Shown: piece by piece, positions 46,858 through 54,998 of the stretch
How the letters are laid out: every line of letters begins with the position of its first letter
Position numbering within the stretch: position 1 is the stretch's first letter
Origin: Burkholderiales bacterium
GTDB lineage: Bacteria > Pseudomonadota > Gammaproteobacteria > Burkholderiales > SG8-41
DNA: 64,000 nt
Reading direction: 5' to 3'
NCBI GenBank assembly: GCA_030683105.1
Contig: JAUXMZ010000003.1
Location: 86,703 to 150,702, forward strand
Translations under genes and position numbers: made by a program
Notes under the pieces: model-generated
What the model was told of the DNA's origin: nothing
The model's database searches: none
The model's input: the letters and a program-made list of their open reading frames with translations, nothing else

Positions 46858-47205
46858 ATGCGTGCCGCGTTAGCGGCGCTTAGATTCGCGCTGGCGGCGG
46901 GTATGGCGGGCGCGGCGTTGCCGGCCTGGGCCAACGACACCTACACGATAGGGATCGAGTTGTGGGACCGGCCGCGCAGTGGCAGTGTCGTCATTGAGCA
47001 TCCGGCGGTAAAGCGGGCCGTCGACGCTTATCTGGCCCGATCCGGCGCAACTCTCGTCATACACCACGCCGTGGGACAGGAGCCGTTGTTGCAGGCTGAA
47101 GAACTGCGTGCATGGCTGATCGCGCTCGCCGTCGAAACCGGGCGCGTCAGCCTTAGAAGCGGGCTGAAACCCGGCGAACCATTGAAAATAGAAGTGATGC
47201 GATGA
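46858..47205 (+). CDS. small secreted protein of unknown function
   Basis: Start set at ATG 46858 (signal peptide MRAALAALRFALAAGMAGAALPAWA/ND); the TGA stop overlaps the ATG of the next gene (ATGA), suggesting coupling. Confidence 0.5.
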   Translation: MRAALAALRFALAAGMAGAALPAWANDTYTIGIELWDRPRSGSVVIEHPAVKRAVDAYLARSGATLVIHHAVGQEPLLQAEELRAWLIALAVETGRVSLRSGLKPGEPLKIEVMR

Positions 47206-48056
47206 GCATTGAAACCAAGACAAACAAAAACGCCGGAGCTGCGCCTGCGATGTCGCGCATCGCCGCGGTGCAGATGGCTTCGGGCCCCAACATCGAGGCC
47301 AATCTCAACGAGGCGCGGCGCCTGATCGAGATCGCGGTGGAACGCGGTGCGCAACTCGTTGCGCTGCCCGAGTATTTCGGCATCATGGGCATGCGCGATG
47401 GCGACAAGGTTGCTGCGCGCGAAGAGCATGGCAAAGGCCCGATACAGGAGTTTTTGTCGAACACGGCAAAAAAACATTCGATCTGGCTGGTCGGAGGATC
47501 CGTGCCGCTGGTGTCCTCGGTAGCAACCAAGGTTCGCAACAGCTGTCTGGTGTTCGACGACAAGGGCGGACTTGCGGCGCGCTACGACAAGATTCATCTG
47601 TTCGGCTTCAAGATGGGGGAGGAGCGTTACAGTGAAGAACTCACCATCGAGCCGGGCAGCGATGTCGTTACCGTGGATACGCCCGTGGGCCGGCTTGGGT
47701 TGTCGATCTGCTATGACCTGCGTTTCCCTGAACTGTACCGCGCGATGAAGGAAGTCGACATCATCCTCGTGCCATCGGCCTTTACCGAGACCACCGGCAA
47801 GGCGCATTGGGAGACCCTGATCCGGGCGCGTGCCATCGAAAACCTGGCCTATGTGCTGGCGCCGGCGCAGGGTGGCTATCATGTGAACGGCCGCGAGACG
47901 CATGGGGACTCGATGATCGTCGATCCCTGGGGGGTGGTGATAGACCGCCTGACGCGCGGCTCCGGCGTGGTGACGGGCGGCATCAATCTCGATCATCTGC
48001 GGCGGCTGCGCCAGAGCCTGCCGGCGCTGCAGCACCGGATCCTGCATCAATGTTAA
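47202..48056 (+). CDS. carbon-nitrogen hydrolase family protein (Nit/omega-amidase-like)
   Basis: 284 aa; ALPEYF (Glu), KIHLF (Lys), LSICYDLRFPE (Cys) catalytic-triad contexts. Confidence 0.88.
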   Translation: MSIETKTNKNAGAAPAMSRIAAVQMASGPNIEANLNEARRLIEIAVERGAQLVALPEYFGIMGMRDGDKVAAREEHGKGPIQEFLSNTAKKHSIWLVGGSVPLVSSVATKVRNSCLVFDDKGGLAARYDKIHLFGFKMGEERYSEELTIEPGSDVVTVDTPVGRLGLSICYDLRFPELYRAMKEVDIILVPSAFTETTGKAHWETLIRARAIENLAYVLAPAQGGYHVNGRETHGDSMIVDPWGVVIDRLTRGSGVVTGGINLDHLRRLRQSLPALQHRILHQC

Positions 48057-48105
48057 GTTCCGGGTTCAAAGTTCCAGGTTCAAAGTTCCGCGTTCCGGGT
48101 TGAAA
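48057..48105. repeat. heptamer array GTTCCGG GTTCAAA GTTCCAG GTTCAAA GTTCCGC GTTCCGG GTTGAAA
   Basis: Begins at the base after the TAA stop of the Nit-family gene. Confidence 0.9.
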
Positions 48106-48176
48106 ACCTGCGGGCGCGCCACGATCTTTAATACTTTAACGAGCCACCAGCGCTGTCAGCCGGTGCTGGAACAATA

Positions 48177-49700
48177 ATGAAACCACAGAATAAAACCGCA
48201 ACACGAACCATTCTTCACAATACCCGCTTGACGGGTACGAATCACGAATCACGAATCACGACACACGACACATCGTTCGCGACCGCGAACGACATCCTGT
48301 TGGCGCCATACGCGCTCGACGGCAGCCGGCTGCAGTCGATATTCGGCCAGATCATGACGCACAGCGTCGATTATGCCGATCTCTATTTTCAGTACAACCG
48401 CAGCGAGTCATGGAGTCTGGAAGAAGGCATCGTCAAGTCCGGCAGCTTCAGCATCGACCAGGGCGTGGGCGTGCGGGCGATCAGCGGCGAGAAGACTGCG
48501 TTCGCCTATTCCGATGACATCAGTTTTGATGCGCTCAATACCGCGGCGCATGCCACCCGCGCCATCGCCCGCCAGGGACGCGGCGGATCGGCGCAGGTGG
48601 AGAAGCGCAACACCGGGCACAATCTGTATCTGCCGCAGGATCCACTGGCAAGCCTTGATGACCAGGACAAGGTGTCGCTGCTGGAACGGTTGGAACGCCA
48701 CGCCCGCGCACTCGACCCGCGCGTAACCCAGGTGATGGCCTTTCTGGCCGGGGAATACGAGGTGGTGCTGGTGGCGCGCAGCGATGGCGTGCTGGCGGCC
48801 GACGTGCGGCCCCTGGTGCGGCTTTCCGTTCAGGTCATCGTCGAGCACGAAGACCGGCGCGAGCAGGGCAGTGCCGGCGGCGGCGGGCGCTTCGATTACG
48901 CTTATTTCACCGATGCCATGCTGCAGGACTACGCCAGGAAAGCAGTGGACCAGGCGCTGATCAATCTCGACGCGCGGCCCGCGCCTGCGGGAACCATGAC
49001 GGTGGTGCTGGGGTCGGGCTGGCCGGGCGTGCTGCTGCATGAGGCGATAGGCCATGGCCTCGAAGGCGATTTCAACCGCAAGGGCACCTCGGCATTCAGC
49101 GGCCGCATCGGCGAGCGCGTCGCCGCACCCGGGGTCACGGTGGTTGACGACGGCACCATGGCACAGCGGCGCGGCTCGCTCAACATCGACGACGAAGGCA
49201 ACCCGACGCAGTGCAATGTGCTGATCGAAAACGGCGTGCTCAGGAGTTACCTGCAGGACAGCCTCAATGCGCGCCTGATGAAAGTGGCGCCCACCGGCAA
49301 CGGACGGCGCGAGTCGTACGCGCATATCCCCATGCCGCGCATGACCAACACCTATATGCTCAACGGCGGCAGCGATCCGCAGGAGATCATCGCCTCGGTC
49401 AAAAACGGCCTGTATGCGGTGAACTTCGGCGGCGGCCAGGTCGATATCACCAGCGGCAAGTTCGTGTTTTCGGCCTCCGAAGCCTACATGATCGAAAACG
49501 GCAAGGTGACCTATCCGGTGAAAGGCGCGACGCTGATCGGCAACGGCCCGGATGCGCTGACCCGGGTGGCGATGATAGGCAACGACATGGCGCTCGATTC
49601 CGGTGTCGGCACGTGCGGCAAGGAAGGCCAGAGCGTGCCGGTGGGCGTCGGGCAACCGACCCTGAGAATCGACGGGTTGACTGTTGGCGGCACTGTCTAG
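48177..49700 (+). CDS. tldD: metalloprotease TldD
   Basis: DYADLYFQ.., [26 protein letters not shown] motifs; the N-terminal ~30 codons are repeat-derived, so the true start is uncertain. Confidence 0.9.
   Translation: MKPQNKTATRTILHNTRLTGTNHESRITTHDTSFATANDILLAPYALDGSRLQSIFGQIMTHSVDYADLYFQYNRSESWSLEEGIVKSGSFSIDQGVGVRAISGEKTAFAYSDDISFDALNTAAHATRAIARQGRGGSAQVEKRNTGHNLYLPQDPLASLDDQDKVSLLERLERHARALDPRVTQVMAFLAGEYEVVLVARSDGVLAADVRPLVRLSVQVIVEHEDRREQGSAGGGGRFDYAYFTDAMLQDYARKAVDQALINLDARPAPAGTMTVVLGSGWPGVLLHEAIGHGLEGDFNRKGTSAFSGRIGERVAAPGVTVVDDGTMAQRRGSLNIDDEGNPTQCNVLIENGVLRSYLQDSLNARLMKVAPTGNGRRESYAHIPMPRMTNTYMLNGGSDPQEIIASVKNGLYAVNFGGGQVDITSGKFVFSASEAYMIENGKVTYPVKGATLIGNGPDALTRVAMIGNDMALDSGVGTCGKEGQSVPVGVGQPTLRIDGLTVGGTV
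48218..48273. repeat. hairpin motif CAATACCCGCTTGACGGGTAC followed by heptamers GAATCAC x3, GACACAC, GACACAT
   Basis: Motif recurs at 52604-52624 and, degenerate, at 12560-12580; lies inside the 5' end of the tldD ORF. Confidence 0.85.
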
Positions 49701-49750
49701 AAGTGCGGTGAATGGTGAAGTGCGGTAATTGGTGAATGGTGAATGGTAAA
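49701..49750. repeat. heptamer array GTGAATG/GTGAAGT/GGTAATT-type (about 7 units)
   Basis: Starts at the base after the tldD TAG stop. Confidence 0.8.
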
Positions 49751-49777
49751 AGCGGCGCTACGCTCGCCGCTTATTTA
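49750..49777 (+). terminator. hairpin AAGCGGCG-CTACGCT-CGCCGCTT followed by ATTT
   Basis: 8-bp GC-rich stem directly after the heptamer array downstream of tldD. Confidence 0.5.
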
Positions 49778-49875
49778 CTGTCTCTATTTTCAAGCCCCCG
49801 GCATCTGCCAATCTTCATCCTTTATCCTTATGGCATCCTGCTATAATGCGTTGATTTCTCAAGCTTTGGATCGAC

Positions 49876-50946
49876 ATGCACCATAAAACCGACGATATAC
49901 GCATCACCGAGATCAAGGAACTCGTACCGCCGTCGCACGTGCTCCGGGAATTTGGTTTGTCCGAAACCGCGGCGCAGACCACATTCGATACCCGGCAGGC
50001 GATACATCGCATCCTGCACGGCGCCGATGACCGGATACTGGTCATCATGGGCCCATGCTCCATCCACGACGTCAAAGCGGCCAAAGACTACGCGGCCAAA
50101 CTGAAGGAGACGAAAGACCGCCTCGCCGCCGATCTGCTGGTGGTGATGCGGGTCTATTTCGAGAAGCCGCGCACGACGGTGGGATGGAAAGGCCTCATCA
50201 ACGACCCTTTTCTCGACGGCAGTTTTCGCATCAACGAGGGCCTGCGCATCGGCCGCCAGTTGTTGCTCGAACTGAACGAATCCGGCATGCCGGTCGGCTG
50301 CGAGTTCCTCGATATGATCACGCCGCAATATCTCGCCGACCTGGTGTCATGGGGGGCGATCGGTGCGCGTACCACGGAGAGCCAGATTCATCGCGAACTC
50401 GCCTCCGGCCTGTCGTGCCCGGTCGGTTTCAAAAACGGCACCGACGGCAATATCAAGATCGCGGTGGATGCCATCCGCGCGGCTCAGGCGCCGCACCATT
50501 TCCTGTCGGTGACCAAGGCCGGGCATTCGGCCATAGTCTCGACCAGCGGCAACGAAGATTGCCACGTCATTTTACGCGGCGGCAAGAACACGAATTTTGA
50601 TGCGGCCAGCGTTGATGCCGCGGCCAGGGAGTTGGCGACAGCCGGCGTGCCGGCGCGGCTCATGATCGATTTCAGCCACGCCAACAGCAGCAAAAATCCG
50701 CAGAAACAGATCGATGTCGGCCACGACGTCGGGCGCCAGGTCGGGGGCGGTGAAGACCGCATATTTGGTGTCATGGTGGAAAGCCACCTCAAGCCGGGCC
50801 GCCAGGATCTGGTGCCCGGCAAAGAACTGGTGTACGGTCAGAGTATCACCGATGGGTGCATCGGTTGGGAGGACAGCCGTGCCCTGCTCGACAATCTGGC
50901 TGATGCCGTGCGCAAGCGCCGGCTCAAGGCAGGGGCCGGGCAGTAA
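49876..50946 (+). CDS. aroG: class I 3-deoxy-7-phosphoheptulonate (DAHP) synthase
   Basis: 356 aa; ILVIMGPCSIHD, KPRTTVGWKGLINDP motifs; isoenzyme specificity not determinable. Confidence 0.9.
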   Translation: MHHKTDDIRITEIKELVPPSHVLREFGLSETAAQTTFDTRQAIHRILHGADDRILVIMGPCSIHDVKAAKDYAAKLKETKDRLAADLLVVMRVYFEKPRTTVGWKGLINDPFLDGSFRINEGLRIGRQLLLELNESGMPVGCEFLDMITPQYLADLVSWGAIGARTTESQIHRELASGLSCPVGFKNGTDGNIKIAVDAIRAAQAPHHFLSVTKAGHSAIVSTSGNEDCHVILRGGKNTNFDAASVDAAARELATAGVPARLMIDFSHANSSKNPQKQIDVGHDVGRQVGGGEDRIFGVMVESHLKPGRQDLVPGKELVYGQSITDGCIGWEDSRALLDNLADAVRKRRLKAGAGQ

Positions 50947-51025
50947 GCGTCTAAACGGCGCTGCTTTAAACCGTTTCAGAGCCGGTGCTTTTGCCGAGGA
51001 TCATCGTCATTGATGGGCGAATAAT

Positions 51026-51562
51026 ATGGCGCAAGACGAAAATGGAGCGGAAACCAACCAGGACACCCTGCTTAATCTTGAGCGGGTAGGCAAGGGCACG
51101 GCGCTCGCCGATGAAATTTACGGCCTGGTTGGCAGATCGCAGTTTTTCGCCGAGTTCAGCCGCGAGGACATCATGCTGCTCTCCGGTTATATGGAAGCGT
51201 TCCGCGCCCAGCCCGGAGAAACCATCATTCGCGAACACGATGAAGGTGATTTCATGCTGCTGATCATCGAGGGCGAAATCGACATATTCAAAAAAGGCCT
51301 GCGCCAGGAGCAGCAGCACATGACCAGTGTCGGACCGGGCATGACGCTGGGCGAGATGTCGATGATAGACGGCGAGCCGAGATTCGCCACCTGCGTTGCA
51401 ACCCAGTCCACCCTGTTCGCCGTGCTCACACGCGACAACATGGCAAGAATCATTCTTGACCACCCGAGTCTGGGTTCCAAGATACTGGTCAAGCTGGTCA
51501 GCATGCTGTCGCTGCGGCTGCGCCAGACCAGTGCCAGGCTGCTCAAGTACATGGAGCGTTAG
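51026..51562 (+). CDS. stand-alone cyclic nucleotide-binding domain protein
   Basis: 178 aa; ..GETIIREHDEGDFMLLIIEGEIDIF...GMTLGEMSMIDGEPRFATCVA.. cNMP-binding beta-roll pattern. Confidence 0.8.
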   Translation: MAQDENGAETNQDTLLNLERVGKGTALADEIYGLVGRSQFFAEFSREDIMLLSGYMEAFRAQPGETIIREHDEGDFMLLIIEGEIDIFKKGLRQEQQHMTSVGPGMTLGEMSMIDGEPRFATCVATQSTLFAVLTRDNMARIILDHPSLGSKILVKLVSMLSLRLRQTSARLLKYMER

Positions 51563-51595
51563 GAATTTGCCGGACTTGTGTGCGACAAATTCCTA
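51560..51595. terminator. 10-bp stem TAGGAATTTG ... CAAATTCCTA with 16-nt loop
   Basis: Includes the TAG stop of the cNMP-binding gene and is followed by AAAATG; the loop is large, so function is uncertain. Confidence 0.3.
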
Positions 51596-51635
51596 AAATG
51601 AAAGCACTGAAATTATCGGGAATGGAATAAGCCGC

Positions 51636-52550
51636 TTGCGCTGTGCAGCGTTGGCCGTGGGGGCGTTGCTGCTGATGCAGAATGTGACCGCGGCGGCGGC
51701 GGTGTCGCTCACCGATGATCGCGGCCGGACACTGGTGCTTGCCGCGCCGGCGCAGCGCGTCGTCACGCTCGCACCCCATCTCGCCGAGATCGTATTTGCC
51801 GCCGGCGCCGGCGGGCGGCTGGCCGGGGTTGCGCGCTTCAGTGATTTTCCTGAAGCCGTCATGCACTTGCCGCAGGTGGGCGACGGTGCGCGCGTCGATC
51901 TGGAGCGCATCATTGCGCTTAAGCCCGATCTCATCCTGGCGTGGCAAAGCGGCAATCAGGCGGCGGATATTGAGCGCCTCGAGAAACTCGGTTTTCCCGT
52001 GTTCGTCACCGAACCCGCGCGCCTGATGGACATTCCGCGCCTGCTGCGGGCAGTCGGTGTGTTGGCCGGCACGCTGCCAGCCGCAGAACAGGTCATTGAT
52101 AAATATATAAATAATATTAAAGAGTTACGAAATTCGTATGGTGGGCACCCAGCGTTGCGCGTGTTCTACGAGATCTGGCACCGTCCGCTGCTGACCGTGA
52201 ACGGCAGTCACATCATCAGCGACGTGCTGGCGTTGTGCGGCGGACGCAACGTGTTCGCCGCCGCACCGGTGCAGACGCCGACGGTGTCCATCGAAGCGGT
52301 GCTGGCGGCACAGCCCGATGTCATAGTCGGTGGCGGCTCTGCGGTCGCGGCAGACGAATTCGCCGCGCAGTGGCGCGCATCCCCGATTCCGGCGTTGCGC
52401 GAACTGCCGGTGTTTTATGTCGATCCCGATACCATCCAGCGGCAGACGCCGCGGATTGTGGAGGGGGCGAGAACGATCTGCGAGGCGCTGGAAAAAGTCA
52501 GGGTTAGCCGCCAAGGCCGCCAAGAAAAAACTGATCGAAACCGCAGATAA
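51636..52550 (+). CDS. cobalamin-binding periplasmic protein (BtuF-like)
   Basis: 304 aa; ..RVVTLAPHLAEIVFAAG....LKPDLILAW.. class III SBP pattern; TTG start is tentative; the last ~15 codons (VSRQGRQEKTDRNRR) are encoded by a repeat element. Confidence 0.7.
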   Translation: MRCAALAVGALLLMQNVTAAAAVSLTDDRGRTLVLAAPAQRVVTLAPHLAEIVFAAGAGGRLAGVARFSDFPEAVMHLPQVGDGARVDLERIIALKPDLILAWQSGNQAADIERLEKLGFPVFVTEPARLMDIPRLLRAVGVLAGTLPAAEQVIDKYINNIKELRNSYGGHPALRVFYEIWHRPLLTVNGSHIISDVLALCGGRNVFAAAPVQTPTVSIEAVLAAQPDVIVGGGSAVAADEFAAQWRASPIPALRELPVFYVDPDTIQRQTPRIVEGARTICEALEKVRVSRQGRQEKTDRNRR

Positions 52551-52762
52551 ACGCGGATACACACAGATAAAGTCAAAAACAATCAGCCACAGAGGATTCA
52601 CTTCAATACCCGCTTGACGGGTACACAGAGGGAATATAAAAAAGTCGAATCACGACTCGCGATTCACGGCATTTCGGAACCGCCAAGGCGCCAAGTCGCC
52701 AAGAAAAACTGATTGAAACCGCAGATGAGCGCCGATGAACGCGGATAGGCATGCAGGGTGTG
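52507..52762. repeat. composite repeat: two direct copies of a CCGCCAAGG..AAACCGCAGAT..CGCGGATA element flanking the TACCCG hairpin motif
   Basis: Copy A 52507-52560, copy B 52679-52762; the CCGCCAAGGCGCCAAG core recurs inverted at 54158-54174, and the GGATAGGC..ATGCAGGGTGTG tail recurs at 54883-54908. Confidence 0.8.
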
Positions 52763-52824
52763 CTTGCTGAACCGGTCACCAGTCACGAATCCCCAATTAT
52801 TGAAAACCAATCCACGCGTCACTT

Positions 52825-53793
52825 TCAGTAAAGTTCGGCAAGCAATTGCTCCAGGGCTGCCCGGCGCTCCGGTGGCGTTGGGGCAAGCAGGCCTTGCTGT
52901 TGCAGTATCGCCAGCAGCTTGCGCGGGGCGATTTCCTTGTTGCCGACGATCTCGACGTGTCCGGCCTCGACTTCGATGTTGACCAGTTGCGGATAGTTGT
53001 CGACGACCGGATGGTATTGCTCGGCGAGGCTGAAGATGTAATCGCTCTCGAGACAGGTTCCGTTCGCGCTTTTGCGGCGACAGGTATCGCGCTCATCCGT
53101 GACGACCTTGAGGTATCGCCGCACCGAGGAAAGCAACGGTCCCGGGTGCCGGATGAAATTCGACGTCGAGGTGATCTCATGCCAGTTGTCGCCGGTCACG
53201 ATCCAGCATATTCCGGGGACCGCACCCAGGCTCAGCCAGTTCAGCAGGCTGGAGCCACAAGGATTGGCGGCCTGGATGCCGGCCAATGGCGCTGAAATGG
53301 TAGCGAGTTTTATGCTTGCCTCATTCCGTAGCCACTCACCGCGGCGGTCGCGCTCCATCGCCTTGCGCGCCACCAGGCCACCCATGCTGTGCCCGATGAC
53401 GGTGAGGTCGTGGTCACGTATGTTGCTGGCCAGTTCATCGAGCGCCGAGATCAGCTGGCCCGAGCTGAGAACCAGGCTTTCACGATCGTCGTAGCTGAAG
53501 CAGACGGCCTGCTGTCCATGGAATGCATACAACTGCGCCAGCGAACGAAACCGGCCGGCCGAGCCATTGCAGCCATGCACCAGGACGGTCACCGGGTAGT
53601 TCGTGTTCAGATGCAGCGTGCGATCCGGAGAGTCGGTGCATGGCCTCAGATGCGGCACATTCAGGGCCGCATTCGGAGGCGGCAGGCGACCGGGCTCCAG
53701 GGGTTGCGGCTCCGGCACATACTGGGGTGAAATCACGCATCCGGCCAATGTAACCAGGATGGAAATGATGAACAAGGCTGAAGAAGGGCTCAT
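52825..53793 (-). CDS. lipoprotein, alpha/beta-hydrolase (lipase/esterase, PGAP1-like)
   Basis: Lipobox LAGC at residues 16-19; nucleophile elbow GHSMGG; 322 aa. Confidence 0.75.
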   Translation of the reverse strand: MSPSSALFIISILVTLAGCVISPQYVPEPQPLEPGRLPPPNAALNVPHLRPCTDSPDRTLHLNTNYPVTVLVHGCNGSAGRFRSLAQLYAFHGQQAVCFSYDDRESLVLSSGQLISALDELASNIRDHDLTVIGHSMGGLVARKAMERDRRGEWLRNEASIKLATISAPLAGIQAANPCGSSLLNWLSLGAVPGICWIVTGDNWHEITSTSNFIRHPGPLLSSVRRYLKVVTDERDTCRRKSANGTCLESDYIFSLAEQYHPVVDNYPQLVNIEVEAGHVEIVGNKEIAPRKLLAILQQQGLLAPTPPERRAALEQLLAELY

Positions 53794-54157
53794 GGTCGTG
53801 ATCCTCGCTGGGTTTCCGGGATGGGCGCTACACCCTCAGAGCCCAACACCATCCGGGTGATTCTATATTCAATGGTGGATAAAATCAGTTGAACTGAACC
53901 GCTGGATTTAAAGCGCGGTGCTCTGGAGATTGTAACGATGCGTTCGTGCCGCAGAGCGCGGTTTGGTCCTGTGGTCGCCGGATAGGGGCAGCGGGTGGAC
54001 ATCGTCACGGGGGCGCGAAGCCTCGTCAGGGGACGAAATCACTATGACAGATGCGCATTCGAGGGTCAACGGCGATGAAACCTCGGGGTCAGACGACCAA
54101 GACAGCTGCTTCGCTACGGCTCGGGGCAAGCATCACAGTTATAAATTCTTTGTCTTT

Positions 54158-54282
54158 CTTGGCGCCTTGGCGGTCTATCAAAGCAGTAATTGGTAATTGG
54201 TAAATAGTCATAACCTTCGCAGGACGCTTTGCGCTTTTACCATTCACTATTCACTATTCACTATTCACGAATCACGAATCAC
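54158..54282. repeat. repeat cluster: inverted CCGCCAAGGCGCCAAG core, GTAATTG x2-3, then TATTCAC x3 / GAATCAC x2
   Basis: Direct reading; the last units overlap the stop codon and final codons of the minus-strand adenosyltransferase gene. Confidence 0.85.
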
Positions 54283-54830
54283 CGATTCTTCCCTTGCTGC
54301 CAAAGCACATCACAGCCGCCGGCATGACGATTCAAAACCCGCGCCAGCACGAACAGCAGATCGGACAGCCGGTTCAGGTAGTGCAGCGCGGGCGCGGCGA
54401 CCGCTTCCTGCTGCGAAAGTGTTACCGCCCTGCGTTCGGCGCGGCGGCACACGGTGCGCGCGACATGGGCGAGCGCGGCGGCGCGCGAACCGCCGGGCAG
54501 GATGAAGTCCTTGAGTGCCGGCAGGTTGCCGTTGAAATCATCGAGCGCGGTCTCGAGCCGCGTGACATGCGCGTCGGCGATCACGGCATGGCCGGGCAGG
54601 CTTAACTCGCCGCCGAGATCGAACAGATCGTGTTGCACGTCGATAAGACATGTCCGAACGGGGTCTGGCAGGTCCTCGGCCAGCAACACGCCGATGCTGC
54701 TGTTCAATTCGTCCACTGCGCCCATCGCTTCGACGCGCAGCGCGTCCTTCGCCACCCGTGAACCATCGGAGAGACCGGTGGTGCCGTCGTCACCAGTGCG
54801 CGTGTATATTCGGGTCAGCCGGTTTGCCAT
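54279..54830 (-). CDS. ATP:cob(I)alamin adenosyltransferase, PduO-type
   Basis: Start moved to ATG 54830: MANRLTRIYTRTGDDGTTGL.. canonical PduO/MMAB N-terminus, 183 aa; the remaining upstream part of the 442-aa ORF is not coding. Confidence 0.88.
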   Translation of the reverse strand: MANRLTRIYTRTGDDGTTGLSDGSRVAKDALRVEAMGAVDELNSSIGVLLAEDLPDPVRTCLIDVQHDLFDLGGELSLPGHAVIADAHVTRLETALDDFNGNLPALKDFILPGGSRAAALAHVARTVCRRAERRAVTLSQQEAVAAPALHYLNRLSDLLFVLARVLNRHAGGCDVLWQQGKNR

Positions 54831-54998
54831 ATGCGTGAATTGTTCCAGACGCAACGTTCCAATTATAGAGTGAGTGGCTGTGGCCGGATAGGCGGGTGTA
54901 TGCAGGGTGTGTCGTGATATGCTGTTTTCATGAGCAGACCGGCAGCAGCCGGTTGTCCCGGAAACATACAGTGACCTACCCATGATCAGGAGAAGAGC

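Noticed and set aside
53794-54998. Cobalamin riboswitch near the btuF-like and PduO-type adenosyltransferase genes
   Set aside because: I searched both strands of 53794-54278 and 54831-54998 for the conserved core (GGGAA, GGTGAAAATCC, GCCCCCGC..ACTG, B12 box GCCACTG). Only weak partial resemblances were found (for example GCGCCCCCGTGACGATG, GCCACAGCCACTC), in the wrong order and context. An Infernal scan would be decisive.
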